Positions 9,312 through 18,805 of a DNA stretch of 64,000 bases are shown piece after piece; the stretch's first letter is position 1, and every line of letters begins with the position of its first letter. The notes beneath the pieces are model-generated. The model was not told the origin of the DNA. It ran no database searches and saw only the letters and a program-made list of their open reading frames with translations. The position numbers were made by a program, and so were the translations under genes. The DNA is from an uncultured Gemmatimonadaceae bacterium. GTDB taxonomy: Bacteria; Gemmatimonadota; Gemmatimonadetes; Gemmatimonadales; Gemmatimonadaceae. Where the stretch lies: the NCBI GenBank assembly GCA_963781585.1, contig CAWAGQ010000003.1, positions 160,001 through 224,000 on the forward strand. The letters run 5' to 3'.

Positions 9312-10709
9312 GTGGCCAGCGTTCTGATCATCGACGACGAGCCGAATATCCGGCGGATGGTCGGCGCCCTGCTGACCGCGGAAGGATACGAGGTGCGCGA
9401 CGCGCCCGACGGCGCGCGTGGTGTGGCGGTCGCGCTCGAAACGGACCCCGATGCCGCGCTGGTCGACCTGATGATGCCGGGCACCGTGGACGGCATGGGG
9501 GTGCTCTCGGCGCTGCGGGAAAGGCTCCCCGATCTGCCGATCATCATGATGAGCGGGCGTGCCGGGTTGGCGGACGCGGTGCGGGCCACCAAGCTGGGTG
9601 CGCACAATTTTCTGGAGAAGCCGTTGACGCCGGAGGGAGTGCTGCTGGCGCTTTCCTCGGCGATCGAGTTGCGACGGGCGCGCCGTGAAGCGCAGGCGCT
9701 GCGGGCCGACCTCGGCCTCTCGATCGAAATGGTCGGTGGCAGCACCGGGATGCGCCGCCTGCGCGAACTCATCGGCCGGATTGCCCCGACCGACGCGCGG
9801 GTGCTGATCTCGGGCGAGTCGGGGACGGGGAAGGAGCTGGTGGCGGTCGCGATCCACAACGGGAGTGCGCGGCGCGACCGTCCGTTCGTGCGCGTGAACT
9901 GCGCCGCCATTCCACGCGACCTGGTGGAGAGCGAGATGTTCGGTCACGAGCGGGGGAGTTTCACCGGCGCGACTGAGCGGAGGATCGGACGGTTCGAGCT
10001 GGCACATCGCGGCACGCTCCTGCTCGACGAGGTCGGCGACCTGGGACCCGAGGCGCAGGCGAAACTCCTGCGGGCGATCGAAGCACGGGAGATCGAACGC
10101 GTGGGCGGCACCAAGCCCATTCCGATCGACGTGCGTGTCATCGCCGCGACCAACAAGGACCTCCAGCGGACGGTTCGCGAGGGTGCATTTCGCGAGGACC
10201 TGCTGTTCCGTCTGAACGTGATCCCGGTGGAGGTGCTCCCGCTGCGCGAGCGCCCCGACGACATTCCCGATCTCGTCAGGCACTTCTCCGCGTTGCACCG
10301 CGTGCGGACCGGACAGGCGTTTCCCGCCTGGCAGAGCGACGCGCTCTCCGCCCTCCAGCGATACCGATGGCCGGGCAACGTGCGGGAACTGGCGAACATC
10401 GTGGAGCGGTTGGCGATCCTCCACGCCGGCCAGCCGGTGACGGCCCATCAGGTTGCGCAGGTGCTGCCGATCGAGGAATCGCCGGGCACGATGGCGCCGG
10501 CCACGCTGCCCGACCCCACCGGCCTCGAGGCGCCCCTCACCGACCTGCTCGACGAGTACGAGCGCCTGCTGATCACGCGGGCGCTCACCTCGGCGGGAGG
10601 CAACGTGGCCGAAGCGGCACGACGCCTGCGGACCGACCGGCCGAACCTCTACCGTCGAATGAAGCGCCTGGGGATCGCGCTCGAGGCGGGGATGACACAC
10701 ACGGCGTGA
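9312..10709 (+). CDS. Sigma54-dependent response regulator (NtrC/NtrX family: REC-AAA+-Fis HTH)
   Basis: IIDDE...DLMMPG receiver; GESGTGKE; ESEMFGHERGSFTGA; LLLDEVGD; WPGNVREL; C-terminal HTH GNVAEAARRL. Confidence 0.95.
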   Translation: MASVLIIDDEPNIRRMVGALLTAEGYEVRDAPDGARGVAVALETDPDAALVDLMMPGTVDGMGVLSALRERLPDLPIIMMSGRAGLADAVRATKLGAHNFLEKPLTPEGVLLALSSAIELRRARREAQALRADLGLSIEMVGGSTGMRRLRELIGRIAPTDARVLISGESGTGKELVAVAIHNGSARRDRPFVRVNCAAIPRDLVESEMFGHERGSFTGATERRIGRFELAHRGTLLLDEVGDLGPEAQAKLLRAIEAREIERVGGTKPIPIDVRVIAATNKDLQRTVREGAFREDLLFRLNVIPVEVLPLRERPDDIPDLVRHFSALHRVRTGQAFPAWQSDALSALQRYRWPGNVRELANIVERLAILHAGQPVTAHQVAQVLPIEESPGTMAPATLPDPTGLEAPLTDLLDEYERLLITRALTSAGGNVAEAARRLRTDRPNLYRRMKRLGIALEAGMTHTA

Positions 10710-10848
10710 CCTCGGCGGGGGACGCCGGCGAGTTGCCCGACGGTGCGCGTCGCCTGAACTTGTTGAGGTGCCGACCGTTCGCGCGGGGCGGCGATGGGGT
10801 ACGCATCGTGCCAGCACGCGCTGACGTCCGCTTCGACACGGAGCCGTC

Positions 10849-12603
10849 ATGCGTCGCCTAACCCTGCTCCTGCCCGCGCTGGTCGTTCCGCTCGCCGCCC
10901 CCGGGCAGGTGCCCTCGGTCCAGCGCGAGACCGTTCAGGTGGTCGAGTCCCGGAGTATCCCGCGCGACATCGCCGACGACGTGTCACGCCTGTTCAATGC
11001 CTCCTCCACAACGCGCCTCACGGGGACGCAGCAGATCGACAGCGGCCAGGTGGTTTCGCAGGACATCGCCATTCTCGACGGGTCGCTCACAATCGCCGGC
11101 CACGTCGCCGGGCGGCTGGTGGCGATCAACTCCGCGGTGGTCCTGCTGCCGGCGGCACGGATCGATCGTGACGTGACGATTCTCGGCGGTACGTTCGACT
11201 CCCGCGATCCGGACAACGTTACCGGCGACGTGCGGGTCTACGGCGATCGCGTCAACGTGACCCACGAGGACGATCGCATCGTTGTGCACGGCGACCCGGA
11301 CAGCGATCAGTGGTTCCGCCGGCACAGGCGATGGGAGACGCGCGCGTGGAGCGATCTGCGGCTGGTCTCCGCCCGAACGTACAGCCGGGTGGAAGGGCTG
11401 CCCCTCCTGCTCGGGCCGCTGTTCGGCCGCGAGTTCTCCTGGGGCCGGGTGTCAGTGGACGCACTGGGAATCATCCGGAGCGCCGACCGCTTCGACTGGA
11501 AGAGCGAGAATCTCGGGCACAGCCTGAAGACCGAGATCAGCGTCGGGAAGCGCGGCGGGATTCGCGTTGGCGGCCAGCTGTTCGACCTGGTGGATGCGGT
11601 CGAGCCCTGGCAGCTGTCGGACGCGGAGAACGGCCTTGCGTCGTTCTTTCTGCACCGTGACTATCGCGACTACTTCGATCGACATGGTGGCGCCGTCTAC
11701 AGCACGCTGTTCCTGGGGAACACCACCGATCTCACGCTGCGCTACAGCGCCGAGCGCTGGGGATCGCGTGACGCCCGCACGCCGTTCACGCTCTTTCGCC
11801 AGACGCAGGACTGGCGTCCGAATCCGCAGCTCGACGACGGCACGGTGCATCTGGTGAACCTGACGCTGCGGTACGACACGCGGAACGACGAACTCGAGCC
11901 GCGGTCGGGCTGGTACGTCAGCGCCGACTTCGAACACGGAAGTGGCCAGAGCCTGATTCCGGGACCGGCCTCCTGGGCGGCGCGCTTCGGTGCGCTGGAC
12001 CCGATCTACAATCGCGGGCTGCTGGACGTGCGACGCTACAATCGCGTCGCACCGGACGGGCAGCTCAACCTGCGATTGGTTCTGGGCGGATGGTTGGGCG
12101 GTGACGACCTCCCGCTGGAGCGTCGGTTCTCGCTGGGCGGTCCCGGCACGTTGCCCGGGTACGATTTCCGGCGGATCGAAGGGGGGACCGACTACTGGCA
12201 GTGTTCCGCACCGCCGGCCGCTCCATCCGGCCCTCCTCCGGCGGCGTATCCGGCGGGTCTTCCGGCGCAGTGCCAGCGGATCGCGCTCGCGCAAGCCGAG
12301 TACCGCGGCGTGATTCACGTGGATCCGTTAGGCATACTTGGCGAGGAGCGGGTGCGGCGGCGGAGCGGCTGGGGACGGACCGCCGAGTGGGTCGTGTTCG
12401 CGGACATGGGACGGGGTTGGCTGGTAGGCGAGCGGTTCGGAGCCCTGCGGTACGGAAGCAATGCCATCCCGCCGCTCAACACGTTTCGCGGTGATCTCGG
12501 GGTCGGGATCCGGCTCGATGACGTCGGGGTGTACGCCGCCAAGGCGCTGTCCAACTCCCACACACCGGTGAACTTCTTCGTGCGCCTTCGGCCGCGCTTC
12601 TAG
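10849..12603 (+). CDS. Exported Omp85/BamA-TamA-like beta-barrel protein with an N-terminal beta-repeat (bactofilin-like) region
   Basis: Signal peptide; YDTRN, RFSLGGPGTLPGYDF, VFADMGRGW; C-terminal FFVRLRPRF; N-terminal repeats like GSLTIAGHVAGRLVAINS. Confidence 0.7.
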   Translation: MRRLTLLLPALVVPLAAPGQVPSVQRETVQVVESRSIPRDIADDVSRLFNASSTTRLTGTQQIDSGQVVSQDIAILDGSLTIAGHVAGRLVAINSAVVLLPAARIDRDVTILGGTFDSRDPDNVTGDVRVYGDRVNVTHEDDRIVVHGDPDSDQWFRRHRRWETRAWSDLRLVSARTYSRVEGLPLLLGPLFGREFSWGRVSVDALGIIRSADRFDWKSENLGHSLKTEISVGKRGGIRVGGQLFDLVDAVEPWQLSDAENGLASFFLHRDYRDYFDRHGGAVYSTLFLGNTTDLTLRYSAERWGSRDARTPFTLFRQTQDWRPNPQLDDGTVHLVNLTLRYDTRNDELEPRSGWYVSADFEHGSGQSLIPGPASWAARFGALDPIYNRGLLDVRRYNRVAPDGQLNLRLVLGGWLGGDDLPLERRFSLGGPGTLPGYDFRRIEGGTDYWQCSAPPAAPSGPPPAAYPAGLPAQCQRIALAQAEYRGVIHVDPLGILGEERVRRRSGWGRTAEWVVFADMGRGWLVGERFGALRYGSNAIPPLNTFRGDLGVGIRLDDVGVYAAKALSNSHTPVNFFVRLRPRF

Positions 12604-12626
12604 TGACGTTCCGACTTGGCTGAGCC

Positions 12627-13265
12627 GTGCGACCGCACGTCATTCTCGCCGCCCTCCTGTTCGCGGTGCCGGCGGCCGCGCAGGGCGGCCCGAAGCTCGA
12701 GATCACACTCCCGTCGCGTGACGCCCTGGCCACCGAGGGGCCGCGCGTGCGCGCTGTGAACGTGCTGTCGGAGCCGACGGTCCGGGATCTCCTGAACAGC
12801 GGATTCCCGGCACGCCTGCATTTCCGCGTCGAGCTCTGGTCTTCGGGCGGGTTGTTCAACGCGATGCGCGAAAGCGCCGAATGGGACGTGGTGGTGAGCT
12901 ACGACGCGCTCGGCAAGCGTTATCGCCTGGTGAGGCTGAACGACGGGCATGTCGTGTCGTCGCTGCAGTTCGTGAACTTCAGCGCCGCGCTGACGGAAGC
13001 GGAGCGCCCCTATCGTGTACCCATCGCCGCGCGCCGCCAGCGCGATCGACAGTACTACAATGCCGTGCTCGACGTCGAGACGATGTCGCTGGGAGACCTC
13101 GACGAGTTGCAGCATTGGCTGCACGGTGAACTCCAACCCGCGGTACGCGGGCAGCGGAATCCCGGCACGGCGATCGGACGGGGGCTGCGCGAGTTGTTTG
13201 CGCGACTGCTGGGCGCGGATCGTCGGAGCCTGGAGATCCGGTCGCGGACGTTTCAGGTGCCGTGA
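12627..13265 (+). CDS. Exported protein, DUF4390-like
   Basis: Signal peptide; LLNSGFPARLHFRVELW...VSYDALGKRY resembles DUF4390; lies in an NtrYX-like locus. Confidence 0.55.
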   Translation: MRPHVILAALLFAVPAAAQGGPKLEITLPSRDALATEGPRVRAVNVLSEPTVRDLLNSGFPARLHFRVELWSSGGLFNAMRESAEWDVVVSYDALGKRYRLVRLNDGHVVSSLQFVNFSAALTEAERPYRVPIAARRQRDRQYYNAVLDVETMSLGDLDELQHWLHGELQPAVRGQRNPGTAIGRGLRELFARLLGADRRSLEIRSRTFQVP

Positions 13266-13277
13266 ACGACGCGAACG

Positions 13278-13880
13278 TCAGCCGCCGCGCAGGGCGCGCG
13301 GCCGGCGATGCTCGAGATCCTCGAGCTGATGCAGGACCGTCGCGCCGTAGAAGAGCCGGATGTACTTGGCCTGAATCGGCGTGAGGCGGCGAACGGCCCA
13401 GCTGAGGTGGACGAAATGGGGCTCCACCGGGTGCGCCAGAGGATGCATCCCGATCTCTTCAGGCAACTTGTTTCCCTTGCGCGTGTTGCAGGGGCTGCAC
13501 GCCGTCACCACGTTGGTCCAGTCGTTGGTCCCGCCACGCGACAGCGGCACCAGATGATCGCGGGTGAGTGACTCGCGCGGCTTGAGCTCGGCCAGCGAAC
13601 GCCCGCAGAACTGGCAGCAGTAGTGGTCCCGCGCGAAGAGGAACGTGTTGGTGACCTGGCGGCGGAAACGGCGCGGCACATGTACGAAGTTCGTGAGGCG
13701 GATGACGGCCGGCCGCGGGATCGCGAGATGCTCGGACCGGACGGGGCGTTCCCCATCGGCCTCGACAATCTGCGCCTTCCCATCGATCACCAGGCGCAGG
13801 GCGCGCTTCAGGGGAACCATGGTGAGGGGTTCAAACGACGCATTGAGCGCCAGGCAGCCGACGATCACGCGGACCTCCAC
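13278..13880 (-). CDS. HNH endonuclease (McrA-like)
   Basis: LALNASFEPL, RDHYCCQFCG, TRDHLVPLSRGG...WTNVVTACSPCNTRKG. Confidence 0.92.
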   Translation of the reverse strand: MEVRVIVGCLALNASFEPLTMVPLKRALRLVIDGKAQIVEADGERPVRSEHLAIPRPAVIRLTNFVHVPRRFRRQVTNTFLFARDHYCCQFCGRSLAELKPRESLTRDHLVPLSRGGTNDWTNVVTACSPCNTRKGNKLPEEIGMHPLAHPVEPHFVHLSWAVRRLTPIQAKYIRLFYGATVLHQLEDLEHRRPRALRGG

Positions 13881-13996
13881 CCGCTGTACCGTGTGGCTCC
13901 TCGCTCAGCGCGGACACCCACGGGAGCATTGCAGGGCAAACTATGGCACCATCCAGAGCCGTACAAGTTCCCGCTCGTCAGGCACCGTGGACGAAC

Positions 13997-14953
13997 TCAC
14001 TGTCCGGCGGCGGCTCCCACGGGCACGGGCGTCAGCCATCCGTAGCGGTCGGGAATCCTCCCCTTGGCGATACCCAGGTACCCCTCCTGCAGTTTCCGGG
14101 TAACGGGGCCGGGCTCGCCGGTGCCTACCGGGATGCGATCGACCGACCGCACCGGCGTGATCTCGGCGGCGGTGCCGCAGAAGAAGATCTCATCGGACAC
14201 GTACAGCATCTCGCGGGGCAGGTTTATCTCGCGCACCTCGTGTCCCATATCCCTGGCCAACTGGATAATCGTCTCCCGGGTGATGCCGTGGAGGATCCCG
14301 GCCGAGAGCGGTGAGGTGTACAGGACACCATCGCGCACGAGGAAGATGTTCTCACCGGTCCCTTCGGAGACGAACCCGAAGATGTCGAGGGTGATCGCCT
14401 CGAGATACCCGTCCTGCCGCGCTTCGATCTTGGAGAGCTGGGAGTTGAGGTAGTTGCCCGACGCCTTGGCGAGCGTGGGATAGGTATCAGGGGCCGCGCG
14501 ACGCCAGCTCGAGACGCAGGCGTCAGCGCCCTTGTCGAAGGCGTCACGGCCCAGGTACGTGTCCCACTTCCAGCAGATCACGTAGGTCTCCACCGGGACG
14601 CCGACCGGATAGAAGCCCATCTGCTCACCGGTTCGCATCACGATCGGCCGGATGTAGCAGTGTCGCAGTTCGTTGGCCGCCACGGTGTCGACGGTGGCCT
14701 GCACCAGATCGTCGACCGAATACTCGATGGGCATCCGGTAGATGCGGCACGAGTTGAGGAGTCTGCGCATGTGGTCGCGGAGGCGAAATACGGCACCGCC
14801 GTCGGGCGTTTCGTAGCAGCGGATCCCTTCGAAGACGCTGGACCCGTAGTGCGCCACGTGGCTGATGATGTGGATCGTGGCGTCTTCCCAGGCTACAAGC
14901 TCACCGTCACGCCAGATCTTCGCGGTACGCCCCGGGGTGCGGTCGTTGGTCAC
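13997..14953 (-). CDS. ilvE: Branched-chain amino acid aminotransferase
   Basis: HYGSSVFEGIRCY, AKASGNYLNS, SEGTGENIF, ILHGITR, GTAAEITPV. Confidence 0.95.
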   Translation of the reverse strand: MTNDRTPGRTAKIWRDGELVAWEDATIHIISHVAHYGSSVFEGIRCYETPDGGAVFRLRDHMRRLLNSCRIYRMPIEYSVDDLVQATVDTVAANELRHCYIRPIVMRTGEQMGFYPVGVPVETYVICWKWDTYLGRDAFDKGADACVSSWRRAAPDTYPTLAKASGNYLNSQLSKIEARQDGYLEAITLDIFGFVSEGTGENIFLVRDGVLYTSPLSAGILHGITRETIIQLARDMGHEVREINLPREMLYVSDEIFFCGTAAEITPVRSVDRIPVGTGEPGPVTRKLQEGYLGIAKGRIPDRYGWLTPVPVGAAAGQ

Positions 14954-15045
14954 CGTCTCCTCGCGCTGGATGGAGGAGTAAGGATAACCCGCGGCGCGCG
15001 TGACCGGCTAGGCGACGCGCACGCGCAACAGGGATGGTGATCGGG

Positions 15046-16392
15046 TCAGGCGTTTTCAGCGGCGAAGTGCTCCAGATCACGAGCGGTGTCTCGGACGACG
15101 GCAAGGTCGGATGCGGCGTCGCGGAGCAGACGTCCATCGCGGACCAGAACCTCGCCGGCGACCATCACCAGGCGAGCCACTCGTCCCGGTGCGGCGAACA
15201 CCAGCGCGCTCGCCGCCTCGAACGTGGGGGAATCGCGCAGGTCGTCCAGCGGGAACGCCGCGATGTCGGCCCCCTTGCCGACTTCGAGCGAGCCGACGCG
15301 GTCATCGAGGCCCACCGCGCGCGCCGCGCCCAGGGTCGCGAGTTCCAGCGCGTGCGTCGCGGACAGCGTGTCCGGACGCGTCAGTCGCGCGCGCTGCATC
15401 AGAATCGACAGGCGCGCCTCATCGAGCATGTCCATCCGGTTGTTGCTTGCCACCGAGTCGGTCCCCAACCCGACCCGGATCCCGGCGGCCAGGAACTCGG
15501 CGAGCGGGGCGATGCCGTGTCCGAGCTTCGCGTTCGACGCCGGGCAGTGCGCCACGGCGCACCCGGCGTCCGCGATCAGACGGATGTCCTCCCGATCCAC
15601 GCGCACGCAATGCACCAGCAGGGGGCGGGCGCGCAATGCGCCGACTCGTGCGAGGAGCCGGATGGGCGAGGCGGCGCGGGGCTCCGCGGCAATGCCGCGA
15701 GCGCGCAGAGCGTCAGCAAACGCACCGGTCGCGTCGCGCACCAGCGCTGTTTCCGCCTCGCTCTCGGCAGCATGAATGGCCATCGGCAGGGAACGGGCGA
15801 GCGCCAGATCGGTGGTGGCGGTGAATAGCGCGTCGCTGACCGAGTAGGGGGCGTGTGGCGACACGCCGGTGCACACCAGCGCGGTGTCGCCGGCGGCCAT
15901 CGCGTCCACGCGCTGGCGCAACCCGGCCATGGCCTCGTCGCACTGCTCCGCGCGCGGGCCGAAGACTTCCTGGTACACGACGCCGCGCACGCCCATCTCG
16001 CGCAGCGCCTGGTGCGGCACGCCCGACTCACTGGTGTCGGCGAACGACGTGACCCCGGACCGGAGCCCTTCCGCGATGCCCACGCGGGCCGCCGCGAGCA
16101 GCCGCTCCGGCGTGAGCACCGCCTGTCGCGCCTTCGTCAGGCGCAGGATCCAGGGGCGGAACGGCAGGTCCTCGAGAAACCCACGCATCGCGGTGAGTTC
16201 GAGGTGGGTGTGCGCGTTGACCAGGCCCGGCACCAGGATGCAGTCGCCCAGGTCGATCCGGTCACCAGCGGGCACTCCGGCGCGCGGGCCGACATACACG
16301 ATGCGCGCGTCCTCGACGGATACCGCCCCCTGCTCGATCGGTGGATGCGATACCGGGAGGACCCAGCGGGCCAGATAGGAGACCGAGGTCAG
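15046..16392 (-). CDS. Amidohydrolase (MTA/SAH-deaminase / AtzA-like family)
   Basis: PGLVNAHTHL, SPHAPYS, HAAES, HCPASNAKL, GTDSVASNN; start uncertain (possibly CTG at 16392). Confidence 0.88.
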   Translation of the reverse strand: MTSVSYLARWVLPVSHPPIEQGAVSVEDARIVYVGPRAGVPAGDRIDLGDCILVPGLVNAHTHLELTAMRGFLEDLPFRPWILRLTKARQAVLTPERLLAAARVGIAEGLRSGVTSFADTSESGVPHQALREMGVRGVVYQEVFGPRAEQCDEAMAGLRQRVDAMAAGDTALVCTGVSPHAPYSVSDALFTATTDLALARSLPMAIHAAESEAETALVRDATGAFADALRARGIAAEPRAASPIRLLARVGALRARPLLVHCVRVDREDIRLIADAGCAVAHCPASNAKLGHGIAPLAEFLAAGIRVGLGTDSVASNNRMDMLDEARLSILMQRARLTRPDTLSATHALELATLGAARAVGLDDRVGSLEVGKGADIAAFPLDDLRDSPTFEAASALVFAAPGRVARLVMVAGEVLVRDGRLLRDAASDLAVVRDTARDLEHFAAENA

Positions 16393-18653
16393 AAGCCGGA
16401 GGTCGGAGGGCGGCGGCGGCGGGGAATGGCGAAGGGATTGGGGACTCCTCGAGGCGCCGGCCGCTTCGACGAATCGCCGGCGACGGTTCCGGCCGACCCC
16501 TGCAGACCGAAGGCGGCACGGGGCGGGATGGAAAACGGATTCGCGTCCGTGCAGAACCGATGGGGCTCGGTGCCAAGGAGGAAATATTCCGTGTACGAAT
16601 GCTCCAGACAGGCCGGCGTGGCGAGCAGTCCCGTTTGCGAGTCGATGTCGCGCGCGACCACCGAAGCCGGCATCGGCCAGTCCGGGGGGGCCGGTTTCCG
16701 CCGGTACGTCTCGAGCATGAAGGCGGTGTACGCGGGTGCAGCCAGCCGGCCACCCTGCGCGTTGACCATGATCTTCCTCGGTTTGTCGAACCCCATCCAG
16801 ACACCGGCCACCAGATCGGCCGTGTATCCGATGTACCACACGTCCGCGCCGTCGTTGGTGGTCCCGGTCTTGCCGCCGGAGGGTACGCGGAAACCGGCGC
16901 TCCAGACGCTGGCCGAGGCCGTCCCGCGGAGCACCACGTCCTTCATCATGCTCACCATGATCCACGCCTCGGACGGCGTGAGCACGACGGTGGACCTCGC
17001 GCTCGGCTGCCAGAGCAGGTTGCCCTCCTGATCCTCGACCCGGACGATCCCGTTAGGCTCGGTGCGCGTGCCAAGGTTCGCGAAGGTGGTGTAGGCCCCC
17101 ACCAGGTCCAGCGGGTAGACCTCGGCCGATCCGATGTGGATGGACGGATAGGGCGGAATGGGCGTACTGATGCCGAAGCGGCGCGCCTCGTCGACTACCG
17201 CCTGCTCACCGAGTTCCATGCCCAGCCTGATGGCGATCAGGTTGCGAGACATGTAGAGGCCCTGACGCATGGTCATCGGGCCCTCGAACTTGTTGTCGTA
17301 GTTCTGCGGGGTCCACAGCGATCCGTCCACCTGGGGCACGCTGATCGGCGCGTCGTCGATGAGCATCGACGGGGGCCGGCCGCTCTGGATCGCGGTCGAA
17401 TACACGATCGGCTTGAACGTGGAGCCGGGCTGGCGCATCGCCTGGGTGGCGCGATTGAACTTGGAATCGTCGTAGTCCCGGCCCCCCACCATCGCTCGTA
17501 CCGCGCCATCGCGCGGGTCGATCGCCACGAACGCCCCCTGCAGGTACGGCGACTCGGTGTCGAGATTCTCGTCGCGCACGCCGCGCGCGATGTACTGCTC
17601 ATACGTGAGATGCCGGTACGGACCCGACTTCCCTCCCTCAATCGCCCGGAGCTGATTCTCCAGTGCCCGTTCCGCCGCCGACTGCATGTCGAGATCGAGG
17701 GTGGTATACACTTTCAGACCCTGATCGTAGAGGCGATCACCGAACCGATCGTGGAGCTGCTGACGGACCCACTCGACGAAATACGGCGCGACCTCTCCCG
17801 ATTCGATGCGCCGCGCGAGGTGGAGCGGATAGGCCTTGGCCAGGCTGGCTGCCGACGAACTGACCTCGCCCTCACGCCGCATCAGCTCAATGATGGTGTT
17901 GCGGCGCTGGACGGCCCGCACCGGATAGCGGCGCGGATTGTATCGACCCGGGGCCTTGGGAAGCGCCGCCAGCGTCGCCGCCTCGGCAAGATTCAGATCG
18001 CGTACCGACTTGCCGAAATAGCGCTGGGCCGCCGTCTCGACGCCGTAGGCGCCGCTGCCGAGGTTGATCTGGTTCAGGTACAGCTCGAGAATCCGGTCCT
18101 TCGAGTAGCGGCGTTCGATGTCGCTTGCAACCCGGACCTCCTTCAGCTTGCGGACCAGCGACTTGAAGATCAGGGCCAGGGAGGACGAACGCTTCTCGCG
18201 CGAGATCTGCTCGGGGAAGACATTGCGCGCGAGCTGCATGGTGATGGTCGAGAAGCCCTGCTCGAACGAACGCGCGAGGAGGTCGCGCGCGGCCGCTCCG
18301 GGAATGCGCCAGAGGTCGACGCCGTGGTGCTGGTAGAAGCGCTTGTCCTCGATGGAAACGAAGGCGTCACTCACGACCCGCGGAATGGAATCGAGCGGCA
18401 CGAGCGTGCGCCGTTCCAGGCCAAGCTCACCCAGGAACCGGCCGTCCACGGCGTACAGGCGCGCGGTCTCGCGCGGCGAGTACTGCTCGAGCACGCCAAT
18501 GGAGGGGCACCGGTTCCCCTGGCACACCAGACTCCAGGCGGCGAGCGGAAGGGCCAGCGCGAACCCGGCGCCGAACGCCGCCGCGAACCCGAGCGCGCGC
18601 GTTAGGCCCGCATGACGGCGGACAAAGCGGTTCTGAAGGAATTCCGAGAACAT
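16389..18653 (-). CDS. Class A penicillin-binding protein (PBP1A family)
   Basis: Transglycosylase motifs EDKRFYQHHG, GFSTITMQLARN, RKLKE; transpeptidase motifs STFK, SRN, KTG. Confidence 0.95.
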   Translation of the reverse strand: MFSEFLQNRFVRRHAGLTRALGFAAAFGAGFALALPLAAWSLVCQGNRCPSIGVLEQYSPRETARLYAVDGRFLGELGLERRTLVPLDSIPRVVSDAFVSIEDKRFYQHHGVDLWRIPGAAARDLLARSFEQGFSTITMQLARNVFPEQISREKRSSSLALIFKSLVRKLKEVRVASDIERRYSKDRILELYLNQINLGSGAYGVETAAQRYFGKSVRDLNLAEAATLAALPKAPGRYNPRRYPVRAVQRRNTIIELMRREGEVSSSAASLAKAYPLHLARRIESGEVAPYFVEWVRQQLHDRFGDRLYDQGLKVYTTLDLDMQSAAERALENQLRAIEGGKSGPYRHLTYEQYIARGVRDENLDTESPYLQGAFVAIDPRDGAVRAMVGGRDYDDSKFNRATQAMRQPGSTFKPIVYSTAIQSGRPPSMLIDDAPISVPQVDGSLWTPQNYDNKFEGPMTMRQGLYMSRNLIAIRLGMELGEQAVVDEARRFGISTPIPPYPSIHIGSAEVYPLDLVGAYTTFANLGTRTEPNGIVRVEDQEGNLLWQPSARSTVVLTPSEAWIMVSMMKDVVLRGTASASVWSAGFRVPSGGKTGTTNDGADVWYIGYTADLVAGVWMGFDKPRKIMVNAQGGRLAAPAYTAFMLETYRRKPAPPDWPMPASVVARDIDSQTGLLATPACLEHSYTEYFLLGTEPHRFCTDANPFSIPPRAAFGLQGSAGTVAGDSSKRPAPRGVPNPFAIPRRRRPPTSGF

Positions 18654-18805
18654 GGACCAGGGTTGCGGACACGGGAGGCACCGGGCCCGCCGTGATGGAC
18701 CATTGTAAGGTTATCGGGCCACGCCGGCGTGAGCAACGAACCAGTGACGACGCCTCACGCACGCAGGCGATGTCATCGGTGCGGCGCCCGGCTATCTTGG
18801 TGCGC

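Noticed and set aside
8394..10850. 818-aa minus-strand ORF, and similar long antisense ORFs (16341-18605 +, 37183-39717 -, 11452-12318 -, 18773-20107 -)
   Set aside because: Shadow ORFs opposite well-supported genes; expected in high-GC DNA and carrying no recognisable motifs
13278..13880. HNH nuclease as a defence system or mobile element
   Set aside because: Stand-alone, widespread McrA-like family with no methylase, repeats or mobility genes nearby
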